Shown here: piece after piece, positions 1-8,687 of the stretch
Layout of the letters: every line of letters begins with the position of its first letter
Position numbering within the stretch: the stretch's first letter is position 1
Source: an uncultured archaeon
Lineage (GTDB): Archaea; Asgardarchaeota; Lokiarchaeia; Sigyniarchaeales; SOKP01
Assembly: GCA_964525635.1 (NCBI GenBank)
Contig: CAZGJX010000057.1
Location: 1 to 17,870 of the forward strand
Length of the DNA: 17,870 nucleotides
Direction: 5' to 3'
Notes under the pieces: model-generated
What the model was told of the DNA's origin: nothing
Database searches by the model: none
Seen by the model: only the letters and a program-made list of their open reading frames with translations
Position numbers and translations under genes: made by a program

Positions 1-396
1 GAATTTCTTAAAATAATAAGAATTAGCTTAAATTTAAATATAAATTTGATTAATATACATATTATAGAGAGAACCCGTGTAATTTGCATACATAGAAAAA
101 AATATCCCTTAATTTCCTGATTATTTGACGTAGCTAAAAACTAACTCAAACAATTAAATATTATAATAATATATTTGCGTTTCACGAATCTCTCTTTCTT
201 TTTTTTTTTATTCAATTAATTTTTATTAGAGTTAACTATATTTGCTGAATCTATTAATTTTACTAAATAGATGATAATATAATTATCAATAATATAGACA
301 AAAATTTATGTATAAAATTGAAATAATATCCATAATTTATAAAAACAAGAGAATTTGAAAATTAAATATCTATATAAAAATAAGAACGATGATATT

Positions 397-1026
397 ATGG
401 ATTTAGAAAAAATAACGGAATATGTTATAGAGCTCGAAGTTGATGAAATCCATGACGAAGTTAAAAAAGCTTTAGATGATGGAAAGGATCCATTTGATAT
501 ATTAGATGCTTTAACTAAAGGAATGGATAAAGTAGGGAGATTATATGAAGAAAAAGAATACTATCTCACAGAATTAGTATTAGCAGGAGAAGTGATGAAG
601 GAAGCTTTAAAAGTATTACAACCCGCACTTGCTGCTGTAGAAAAAGCTCAAAATAAACCAAAGATAATATTAGCAACTGTGAAAGGAGATAATCATGATA
701 TTGGGAAAAATATTCTGGGTTCTCTTTTATTAAGCTCAGGTTTCGATATTTATGATTTAGGGATGGATGTAAATGAAAAGAAATTAGTAGATAAGGTAAA
801 AGAAACAGGTGCAAAAATAATTGGTCTAAGTACACTTCTCACGACTACAGTAGAAAATATTAAAGATGTTCATAACGCATTAAAAACAGCAGGTTTAAGA
901 GATGATGTTAAGTTAATTGTTGGTGGTGCTGCTCTAAATATGGAACTTGCAAAAAAAATGGGCGCAGATGATTTTGCTGGTGATGCTATAGAAGGTGTAA
1001 AACAGATAAAAAAATTAGTAGAATAA
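397..1026 (+). CDS. Methyltransferase cognate corrinoid (B12-binding) protein, MtbC/MttC/MtaC-like
   Basis: N-terminal helical cap domain, DxHxxG motif (GDNHDIGKN), GLSTLLTTT and IVGGA motifs. ATG at 397 is preferred over the ORF-track TTG at 355. Confidence 0.92.
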   Translation: MDLEKITEYVIELEVDEIHDEVKKALDDGKDPFDILDALTKGMDKVGRLYEEKEYYLTELVLAGEVMKEALKVLQPALAAVEKAQNKPKIILATVKGDNHDIGKNILGSLLLSSGFDIYDLGMDVNEKKLVDKVKETGAKIIGLSTLLTTTVENIKDVHNALKTAGLRDDVKLIVGGAALNMELAKKMGADDFAGDAIEGVKQIKKLVE

Positions 1027-1262
1027 ATAAATTAGAATTGATATTATTACTCTAACTATTAGAGATTCTATTTAAAAATATCACATTTGGATTAATAAAA
1101 TATAAATCTTTTATTGATTGTAGTTTAGTTTTTTTTTGTTGTTTAAGGAAAGATCACTAAAATATAATAACTATCTTTTTGTTAAAGCAAAATGATCTTT
1201 AACTTGAAAAATAAATTTGATAATCCTTAAACAAATATATCATAATTCTACAGAAAAATAAA

Positions 1263-1267
1263 GGAGG
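1263..1267 (+). promoter_or_regulatory. Shine-Dalgarno site (GGAGG) of the tusA-like gene
   Basis: GGAGG lies 8 nt before ATG 1276. Similar sites: GAGGT before 1545, AGGTGA before 1943, GAGGTGA before 3140. Confidence 0.7.
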
Positions 1268-1275
1268 CTAAAAAA

Positions 1276-1530
1276 ATGGTTGATAATAATATTAAAGATT
1301 CCGATTTTAGTATAGTCTTAGATACAAGAGGTTTATTTTGTCCAGAACCATTATTTGAGGTAAGAAATCTTTCAGAGACATTAGAAGCAGGACAATGTTT
1401 TAAAGTGTTTGCTGATGATCCTGCAGCTGAAGAAGATCTTAAAAGATGGGCAAAAAGAACAAATACAGAAGTTTTAAATTTTAAAAAGGATGATGAGGAT
1501 TTAATTTTCTATTTTAAAAAAAAGAAATGA
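1276..1530 (+). CDS. tusA: TusA/SirA-family sulfur carrier protein
   Basis: LDTRGLFCPEP (CPxP) motif, ADDPAAEEDL motif, 84 aa. Confidence 0.93.
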   Translation: MVDNNIKDSDFSIVLDTRGLFCPEPLFEVRNLSETLEAGQCFKVFADDPAAEEDLKRWAKRTNTEVLNFKKDDEDLIFYFKKKK

Positions 1531-1544
1531 GATGAGGTATTATA

Positions 1545-1904
1545 ATGGAAAATAAATTTATTTTATATATTCAAACCAGCAATTCGCCAGAGAGACAATA
1601 TTCTCCATTAGTTTTAGCTCAAACAGCTAAAGCGATGAATATTAAGGCAATTGTATATTATTTAGGAATTGGAATACATATTCTCAGACCAGGAGAGGCG
1701 GAAAAAATTAAGATTGGTAATTTTCCCAGTGTTAAAGAAATGATTGATAAAACAGTGGAAGCAGGAGTACAAATATATGTTTGTGAAGCATCTAAAAGAA
1801 TGTTAGGTTGGGATAAAGTTGATTTGATTCCTGGTGTAAAAATTGTTGGTGCGGCTACTTTAAATGATTTAGTTCTTGAAGCGGATGGTACAATGTGGTT
1901 TTAA
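1545..1904 (+). CDS. DsrE/DsrF-like family sulfur-relay protein
   Basis: 119 aa with GVQIYVCEAS Cys motif and GVKIVGAATL C-terminal motif typical of the DsrE fold; lies between tusA and iscS. Confidence 0.85.
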   Translation: MENKFILYIQTSNSPERQYSPLVLAQTAKAMNIKAIVYYLGIGIHILRPGEAEKIKIGNFPSVKEMIDKTVEAGVQIYVCEASKRMLGWDKVDLIPGVKIVGAATLNDLVLEADGTMWF

Positions 1905-1942
1905 AATAAAATATAATATATAAAAAATAGGTGAGAAAAAAA

Positions 1943-3136
1943 ATGGATGAAATTTATATGGATTATCAGGCTGCAAAGCCTGTAGATGAAAGGGTTCTTA
2001 AAGAAATGCTTCCATATTTCAATGAGAAATATGGGAATCCTGCTTCTTTACACACTATAGGAGATCAAGCAACTGAAAAGCTTGAAGAATCAAGGAAAAA
2101 AATAGCTCAATTTATAAATGCCTCTGAAAATTCAAAGATAATATTTACTTCAAGTGCAACTGAATCTAATAATCTAGCCCTTATTGGAGCAGCTCAGAGA
2201 TATAAAAAAAAAGGAAATCATATTATAATTTCTGAAATTGAACATATCTCAATTTTTAATATATGTAAATATTTAGAAAGAAATGGTTTTGAAATAAGTA
2301 AAGTTCCAGTAGATCAATTTGGAATTATAAAATTTGAGAAATTAAAAAATCTAATTAAAGAAAATACAATATTAATATCTATATCGATTGCGAGTAATGA
2401 GATTGGCTCTTTACAACCAATTAAAGAAATTTCAGAAATAGCAAAAGAGAAGAATGTTTTATTTCATACGGATGCTGTTGCTAGTGAATCTGTATTACCT
2501 ATAGATGTAGAAGAAATTCCCATTGATCTATTAACATTATCTTCAAATGATATTTATGGTCCTAAAGGTGTAGCTGCTTTATATATTAGAAAAGGAGTAA
2601 GAATCAATCCAATAATAATAGGTGGTGGACAAGAAAATGGTTTGAGATCAGGATCTCATAATATTCATGGTATTGTAGGATTTGCTAAAGCAGCAGAAAT
2701 CATGAAGAGAGAAATTGATTCAGAATCAAAAAAATTGAAATTATTAAGAGATAAACTAATTAAACAAATATTAAATATAATTCCTAATTCTTATTTAAAC
2801 GGACATCCTGAAAAAAGACTTGTAAATAATGCTCATTTCAGATTTGACTATATTGAAGGAGAATCTTTAATTTTAGGTTTAAAAGATCATGGGATAGCAG
2901 CAGCGACAGGTTCAGCTTGTAGTTCAAAAACATTAGAACCCTCACATACACTAATATCCTGTGGTTTACTCCATGAAGAAGCTCATGGAAGTTTACTATT
3001 TTCTTTAGGTAGATATTCAAAAGAGGAAGATATTGATAAGGTATTAGAAATTTTGCCTAAAGTAATAAAAAGATTAAGATTATTATCTCCTTTAACACCC
3101 CCTAAATTATTAAAACAATATGAGGTGAATAATTAA
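1943..3136 (+). CDS. iscS: IscS/NifS-family cysteine desulfurase homologue, Archaeoglobus-type (Asp in place of the PLP Lys)
   Basis: GNPASLH, ATESNN, GGGQENGLRSG and GSACSS (catalytic Cys) motifs; SSNDIYGPKG in place of SxHKxxGPKG. ATG 1943 follows AGGTGA; the track start is GTG 1931. Confidence 0.93.
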   Translation: MDEIYMDYQAAKPVDERVLKEMLPYFNEKYGNPASLHTIGDQATEKLEESRKKIAQFINASENSKIIFTSSATESNNLALIGAAQRYKKKGNHIIISEIEHISIFNICKYLERNGFEISKVPVDQFGIIKFEKLKNLIKENTILISISIASNEIGSLQPIKEISEIAKEKNVLFHTDAVASESVLPIDVEEIPIDLLTLSSNDIYGPKGVAALYIRKGVRINPIIIGGGQENGLRSGSHNIHGIVGFAKAAEIMKREIDSESKKLKLLRDKLIKQILNIIPNSYLNGHPEKRLVNNAHFRFDYIEGESLILGLKDHGIAAATGSACSSKTLEPSHTLISCGLLHEEAHGSLLFSLGRYSKEEDIDKVLEILPKVIKRLRLLSPLTPPKLLKQYEVNN

Positions 3137-3139
3137 AAA

Positions 3140-3934
3140 ATGAAGTCTACGCAATATTCCAAAAAAGTTCTAGATCATTTTAGAAATCCACGTAATGTAG
3201 GAGTAATAGAAAATCCTGATGGATATGGAAAGGTTGGAAATCCTGTTTGTGGTGATTTAATGGAGATTTTTATAAATATTGGCAAAAATGAAAATAATGA
3301 GGAAATTATTTCTGATATAAAATTTAGGACATTTGGATGTGGATCTGCTGTAGCCACATCTTCAATGATAACAGAATTAGCGATGGGTAAAACAATTGAT
3401 GAGGCATATAAAATAACAAGAAATGACGTCGCTGATGAGTTAGATGGTTTACCACCGATCAAAATGCATTGTTCGAACCTTGCTGCTGATGCTTTACAAG
3501 CAGCAATTAGAAATTACAGAGAGGGTACAAAACCTGATGTGGAGATAATAACTTCATGTCAATTAGAAATAAAAGTAATTTTAGGATTTGATGAGTTCTT
3601 GGGAAAAGGAACCTATAAAAAAGTTGATGATTTAACAGAGTTTAATGATAAAAGAATACTTATAGTAGATAACGGAGATAAATCATTAGAATTAGCTATT
3701 AATCTAACAAAAATCACCGGAAGAGTGATCTTAATAACGTCAGGAAAATATATGCCAGGTAGCAAAGATTTACAATCTAAATTAAAAAAATCTGATGTCA
3801 AAATGCTTTATGAATCAGAACTATTAGAAGTAAGAGGAACTGATGATGTTGAGAAAGTAATAATTCATGATTATGATGAGGATAATAATTATGAACTTTT
3901 CCTTGATAGTGTTATAATTTTAGAAGAGAGGTAA
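3140..3934 (+). CDS. iscU: IscU/NifU Fe-S scaffold fused to a degenerate thioredoxin-reductase-like NAD(P)H-binding domain
   Basis: Residues 1-128 carry NPVCGD, FGCGSA and LPPIKMHCSNL (three Cys ligands). The C-terminal ~125 aa follow the TrxB NADPH-domain pattern. Confidence 0.9.
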   Translation: MKSTQYSKKVLDHFRNPRNVGVIENPDGYGKVGNPVCGDLMEIFINIGKNENNEEIISDIKFRTFGCGSAVATSSMITELAMGKTIDEAYKITRNDVADELDGLPPIKMHCSNLAADALQAAIRNYREGTKPDVEIITSCQLEIKVILGFDEFLGKGTYKKVDDLTEFNDKRILIVDNGDKSLELAINLTKITGRVILITSGKYMPGSKDLQSKLKKSDVKMLYESELLEVRGTDDVEKVIIHDYDEDNNYELFLDSVIILEER

Positions 3935-3942
3935 ATTTGTTC

Positions 3943-3961
3943 TTTTTTTTCCTTTTTTTTT
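3943..3961 (+). terminator. Oligo-T tract, probable archaeal intrinsic terminator of the tusA-iscU operon
   Basis: T8-CC-T9 immediately after the iscU stop. Confidence 0.55.
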
Positions 3962-4064
3962 ATTTATTTCTTTATGTTTGAAATTAATACAAAATAATTA
4001 TAAATTTGAATAGAAAAATATAAAAAGTTGGAATAAAAAATTTATTATGATAAACGATTAGATC

Positions 4065-5201
4065 ATGTCAATAAAGGTATTGCTTAAAGAAGATTCTGTT
4101 TTTCAGAGAAATTTATTTTCTGAAATGTTGTCAACATATAAAAATATTGAAATTATCACAGTTTCAAAAAATCTTGAGAAGATTTTAGACAAGATATATA
4201 CTTTTTTGCCACATATAATCATATTAGATATCGACATCATAAAATCTGAAGAATTAACCTTATTCGAAAAGATTAAAAAGAAGATCCCCTTACCAACAAT
4301 ATTATTAACGACTTCAGAACCAGATCAAGCGGATTCTTCAATTAAATCTATTATATCAAAACCTTTTGATATAATTATCAAACCATGGGGTATTTGGAAG
4401 GAAGAGTTGCCCAAGATGAAAAATTAGCTGATAAATAAAATAATATCTGCTTCTAAACTCGTTCAAGATAGTATTGATGAAAAAAAAAATCTTATGGATA
4501 AAAATTTATTTATAAAAAAGGTCCAAAAGAAACAAACAGTTATAAAATTAAAAATAGACCAAAAAGCTGAACCAAAATATGAGGATTATTTTTTTGATAG
4601 GAGTCCTGTTTATATTATAAATTTAGAAACCAATGTTATTGTAATGGGTGCTAGTGTAGGTGGTCCTCGAACTTTTGAAAGTATTTTAAAAGAGATACCC
4701 AGAAATTTTCCAAGTCCAATTCTTATTGTACAACATATGAATAATATGTTCACAAGGCAATTTACCATTCGTTTAAATCAAGTTTGTAGTCTTAAAGCTA
4801 TACTTGGTAAAAATGGAGATGAAATTAAATCAGGTATAATATATGTAGCACAAGGAGATAAGCACATGCAAATAATCGAAAAGAATGAAAAACCACATAT
4901 TAGAATATATGAAGGAGCCCCTGTTAATTTCTGTCGCCCTTCCGTTGATGTATTGTTTTACTCAGCTGCTCGCATATATAAAGAACATACATTAGGGATC
5001 TTATTAACTGGCATGGGAACAGATGGAGTTAATGGCCTTAAATCAATTAAAGAATATGGAGGAAGAACAATATCTGAATCTCAAGAAACTGATGTTCTCT
5101 ATGGGATGCCAAAAATGGCCGTACAATCAGGAGTTTCAGATTATATAGTTCCTAGTTATAAAATCAAAGAATTCATGATAAATTATGCTAAAAAACTTTA
5201 A
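4065..5201 (+). pseudogene. cheB: CheB protein-glutamate methylesterase (receiver + catalytic domain) interrupted by one in-frame TAG at 4425-4427
   Basis: ORFs 4065-4427 and 4494-5201 share a frame, and the intervening 22 codons are open (LINKIISASKLVQDSIDEKKNL). Catalytic motifs GASVGG, VQHM, RPSVDVLF and LTGMGTDG are present. Confidence 0.85.
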
Positions 5202-5228
5202 TAAATTCTAATTTCTAATTTAATTTGA

Positions 5229-5240
5229 TTTTTTTTTTTT
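5229..5240 (+). terminator. Oligo-T tract after cheB
   Basis: T12 run about 28 nt downstream of the stop. Confidence 0.45.
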
Positions 5241-5276
5241 AATAATATGTTAAAGAAAAAGGTTTAATGTTTAAAA

Positions 5277-7346
5277 ATGACAAGAGTTGTTATTATTGGT
5301 GGTGTAGCAGGAGGAGCTACTGCAGCTGCTCGATTAAGACGCTTAAAAGAAGATTTTGAAATCATTATTATTGAAAAAGGATTATATGTTTCATTTGCCA
5401 ACTGTGGCCTTCCATATTATATTGGAAACGTAATAAAAGAACAATCTCAATTGAAATTAATGACGCCAAATAGATTTTTAAGAAGGTACAATATATATGT
5501 TAGAGTCCAACATGAAGCCATCTCAATAGATAGAGATAATAAAAAAATTAAGATTAAAAGTCTATTAAATGATGAAGAATATTCTTTAGAATATGATTAC
5601 CTTATTCTCTCTCCTGGAGCCCGTCCAATTATTCCTAATTTCAAAGGTAATGAAGAAGTTCCTATATTTTCAGTTAGAACTATCCCGGATTCAATTAAAA
5701 TTAAACAATTTATTGAAAAGAATAAAGTAAACCATGCAACAATCATAGGAGGAGGATATATAGGATTAGAAATGGCTGAAAATCTACATAATCAGGGAAT
5801 AAAGGTTAAAATAGTTGAGATGTTAGAACAAGTATTAGCTCCAATAGATAGAGAAATGGCTCAGTTTATCCATCAAGAACTCATTTTAAATGGAATCTGT
5901 CTACAATTAGGAGATGCTGTTGATTCTTTTGAATGTATTGATAGATGTAACTATGTAATTCCAAAAAGTGGGAAAAAAATTAAAACTGATATGATATTTA
6001 TGGCAATTGGAGTGACGCCAGAAACATCTTTAGCTAAAAAAGCAGGGCTTAACTTAAGTCCAAATGGACATATTATAGTTAATGAAAAAATGCTATCATC
6101 AGATCCATCCATATGTGCTATTGGAGATGCAATTCAGATTAATAATTATATAACAAAACAACCCACATCAATACCTTTAGCGGGACCTGCTAATAAACAG
6201 GGAAGAATTGCAGCTGATAATATCGCTGGAAGGAATTCTACTTATAAGGGAAGCTTAGGATGCTCAGTTTTAAAGATTTTTGACTTAACTGTTTCTTTTG
6301 TTGGCCTAAGTGAAAAACAATTAAAAAAAACCGATATTAAGTATAATAAAATATATATACATCCAAACAATCATGCAGGATATTATCCAAGAGCCACTCC
6401 TATTACAGTTAAATTGATTTTTGAGGTTCCAAGTGGTAAAATTTTAGGGGTTCAAGCAATTGGAGGTCAAGGAACTGAAAAAAGAATTGATATAATTGCA
6501 ACGGTAATGAAATTTGGAGGAAATGTATTTGATTTAGAGGAATTGGAACTTTCTTATGCTCCACCTTTCAGTTCTGCAAAAGATCCAGTAAATATGGCAG
6601 GATTTGTTGCTTCAAATGTACTTCGAGGAGATCATCCAATATGGCATTGGAATGAATTAAATAACATTAAAAATAATAATAGCTTTCTTCTTGACGTAAG
6701 AACTCCTCGAGAGTATGCTGTAGGGACGATTGAAGGCGCAGTGAATATTAGTGATCTTGAAATAAGAGATAGATTGGATGAAATTCCAAAAAGTAAGGAT
6801 ATTTATGTTTTTTGTGAGGTGGGATATAGAGCATATATAGCTACTCGCTTATTACTTCAAAAAGGATATCAGGTAAAAAATTTATCTGGAGGATATAATC
6901 TTTATAAAATAGCGAAAATGACAATTGAAGAAATTGCAATGGAATGTGGAACTTCTCAGGATTTTATAAATGAGATGATGGAAGAAAAAACTTTAGAAAA
7001 TAATGGTTATATTACTATTGATGCTTCGGGTTTACCCTGTCCAGGGCCTTTAAATGTAATGATTAAAGGTTTAGAAGACCTACCAAAAAATAAAAAACTA
7101 ATAATATATGCTACTGATCCTGGATTTAAATCTAGTATTGAAGCCTATGTAAAATTAAATGAAGAAATAAAACTTCTTCATTTAGGAAAGGAGGAAGGTA
7201 GACTCATTGCTACTTTAGAAAAAGGGGAAATAACTATTGATGAAATTAAAAATCCTATTCAGATAAATAAGAAGACAAGAAAAGAACTAAAAGGTATAAA
7301 TGCCCCTCCTATTTCTGAGATAGATGTTGATGAACTTTATGATTGA
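5277..7346 (+). CDS. CoA-disulfide/persulfide reductase fused to rhodanese and TusA domains (continues in frame past a TGA into a second rhodanese)
   Basis: GGVAGG FAD motif, SFANCGLPY active site, GGGYIGLE, YAPPFS; rhodanese LLDVRT...FCEVGYRA; TusA DASGLPCPGP...ATDPGF. Confidence 0.92.
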   Translation: MTRVVIIGGVAGGATAAARLRRLKEDFEIIIIEKGLYVSFANCGLPYYIGNVIKEQSQLKLMTPNRFLRRYNIYVRVQHEAISIDRDNKKIKIKSLLNDEEYSLEYDYLILSPGARPIIPNFKGNEEVPIFSVRTIPDSIKIKQFIEKNKVNHATIIGGGYIGLEMAENLHNQGIKVKIVEMLEQVLAPIDREMAQFIHQELILNGICLQLGDAVDSFECIDRCNYVIPKSGKKIKTDMIFMAIGVTPETSLAKKAGLNLSPNGHIIVNEKMLSSDPSICAIGDAIQINNYITKQPTSIPLAGPANKQGRIAADNIAGRNSTYKGSLGCSVLKIFDLTVSFVGLSEKQLKKTDIKYNKIYIHPNNHAGYYPRATPITVKLIFEVPSGKILGVQAIGGQGTEKRIDIIATVMKFGGNVFDLEELELSYAPPFSSAKDPVNMAGFVASNVLRGDHPIWHWNELNNIKNNNSFLLDVRTPREYAVGTIEGAVNISDLEIRDRLDEIPKSKDIYVFCEVGYRAYIATRLLLQKGYQVKNLSGGYNLYKIAKMTIEEIAMECGTSQDFINEMMEEKTLENNGYITIDASGLPCPGPLNVMIKGLEDLPKNKKLIIYATDPGFKSSIEAYVKLNEEIKLLHLGKEEGRLIATLEKGEITIDEIKNPIQINKKTRKELKGINAPPISEIDVDELYD

Positions 7347-7640
7347 TTGAATAGTGATGATCCCCCTAAATTGTTAATTGATGTTCGCACAGCTCAAGAG
7401 TATTATAGTCCTACTGGACATATTCAAGAGAGTAAATTAATTCCATTAGGAGATTTAATGGATAATTTAAATCAGTTAAAGTCATATTTAGATGAAGAGG
7501 TCGTTGTAATCTGTCATAGTGGGGCTCGTTCAATGATGGCCGCTCAATTACTAGCACGAGCAGGATTTACTGATGTAAGAAATCTCTCAGGTGGCATGAT
7601 AAGTTGGCATAAAAAAAGCTATCCTGTAAAAATGAAGTAA
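7347..7640 (+). CDS. Rhodanese domain, probably the severed C-terminal domain of the upstream gene
   Basis: LLIDVRTAQEY, GHI, ICHSGARS and NLSGGMISW motifs. It directly follows TGA 7344-7346 in frame, and the domain's first strand and helix (ISEIDVDELYD) lie before the stop. Confidence 0.85.
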   Translation: MNSDDPPKLLIDVRTAQEYYSPTGHIQESKLIPLGDLMDNLNQLKSYLDEEVVVICHSGARSMMAAQLLARAGFTDVRNLSGGMISWHKKSYPVKMK

Positions 7641-7781
7641 ATTTCACATATATTTTTCTATTCGATTAAGGTTTTTTTTTAAGATTTTAGAATTTATAAA
7701 ACTAAATCATATGAATCATAATGTAGATTATTAAATAATTAGAAAAATTACTATCAAATAACCAATTTTAAATTTAGGATA

Positions 7782-8183
7782 TTGAAAATTATGGAAAGAA
7801 AAAATATATATAAGTGTAGTGTTTGTGGTAAAGTAATAGAGATCCTTAATCCAGGTGCTGAAAAGACCATATGTTGTGGGCAACCGATGAATCTAATGGA
7901 AGAACAATGGAAAGAGTGGAGTGGGGAAAAACATACACCTCATATTACGATTGATGGAAATAAAGTTGTTGTTGATATAGGCATTGAGATGGGAACTCCT
8001 CATCCTATGACAGAAGAACATTGGATTATGTGGATTGAGATTATATATAAAGACGGTTGTTACAAGAGAAAATTTTTAAATCCAGGAGATGAACCAAAAG
8101 CTTCATTTATTGTAGCTAACACAGAAGGAATTTGGGCTCGTGAATATTGCAATTTACATGGACTATGGAAGTCTGGAAAATAA
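7782..8183 (+). CDS. dfx: Desulfoferrodoxin (2Fe superoxide reductase)
   Basis: Desulforedoxin centre CSVC...CCG; SOR ligands EKH, HPMTEEH, CNLHGLW. The start may be ATG 7791. Confidence 0.95.
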   Translation: MKIMERKNIYKCSVCGKVIEILNPGAEKTICCGQPMNLMEEQWKEWSGEKHTPHITIDGNKVVVDIGIEMGTPHPMTEEHWIMWIEIIYKDGCYKRKFLNPGDEPKASFIVANTEGIWAREYCNLHGLWKSGK

Positions 8184-8371
8184 ATTTTATTTTTTTTCTT
8201 ATTATTTAGGTAATAAAATTAAATATTTTGCATATTTAATCTTTTTTTCAAAATTTTGTGTCCTTATACAAAATAATAATAAGTGTTAGAATAATATTAA
8301 AATGAAAGTTAATTTATTTATAATAATCTATCAATTTTTAATTTAAAATATAAAATTAGTGGTGTTTTATC

Positions 8372-8659
8372 ATGACATTAGGTTCAATACCAATAGATCT
8401 TTCCAAATTAAATAAAAAGAATTTAGAAAAGCAAATTTTAAGAATAGGAATGTTAGCTGAATTAGACGCTATCAATCTATATGAACAGCTAGCTGATATG
8501 ACTGAAAATAATAATTTAAAAAAATTATTCCTAGAAATCGCTAAAGAAGAGAAGACTCATTTAGGAGAATTTGAATATCTATTATTAAAACTCGATCAAC
8601 AACAAAAACATGAATTAGATGAAGGTGCCAAGGAAGTTAAAGAATTAATTAAAGATTAA
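8372..8659 (+). CDS. Small ferritin-like protein (encapsulated-ferritin/Flp-like)
   Basis: AELDAINLYEQ and EEKTHLGEF di-iron helices, 95 aa. Confidence 0.88.
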   Translation: MTLGSIPIDLSKLNKKNLEKQILRIGMLAELDAINLYEQLADMTENNNLKKLFLEIAKEEKTHLGEFEYLLLKLDQQQKHELDEGAKEVKELIKD

Positions 8660-8671
8660 TTTTTTTTTTTT
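8660..8671 (+). terminator. Oligo-T tract after the ferritin-like gene
   Basis: T12 directly after TAA. Confidence 0.5.
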
Positions 8672-8687
8672 CTTAAAAATATATATT

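Noticed and set aside
1-185. Possible minus-strand gene start (GTG at 185) running off the window
   Set aside because: Early in-frame TAG and no recognisable protein signal.
566-3801. Antisense ORFs 566-835, 2838-3020, 3175-3462 and 3613-3801
   Set aside because: Shadows of well-supported genes on the opposite strand, with no motifs.
4425-4427. Pyrrolysine or TAG reassignment
   Set aside because: TAG serves as an apparently genuine stop at 16251-16253, and TAA and TGA interruptions are just as common here. No pyl genes are in the window.
7344-7346. Selenocysteine recoding of the in-frame TGA
   Set aside because: The position is a helix residue (Arg-like), not a catalytic Cys site, and no convincing SECIS-like stem is visible after 7640.
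8310-8335. PerR/Fur-like TTATAAT boxes here and near 160 and 16175
   Set aside because: Indistinguishable from background in intergenic DNA this AT-rich.
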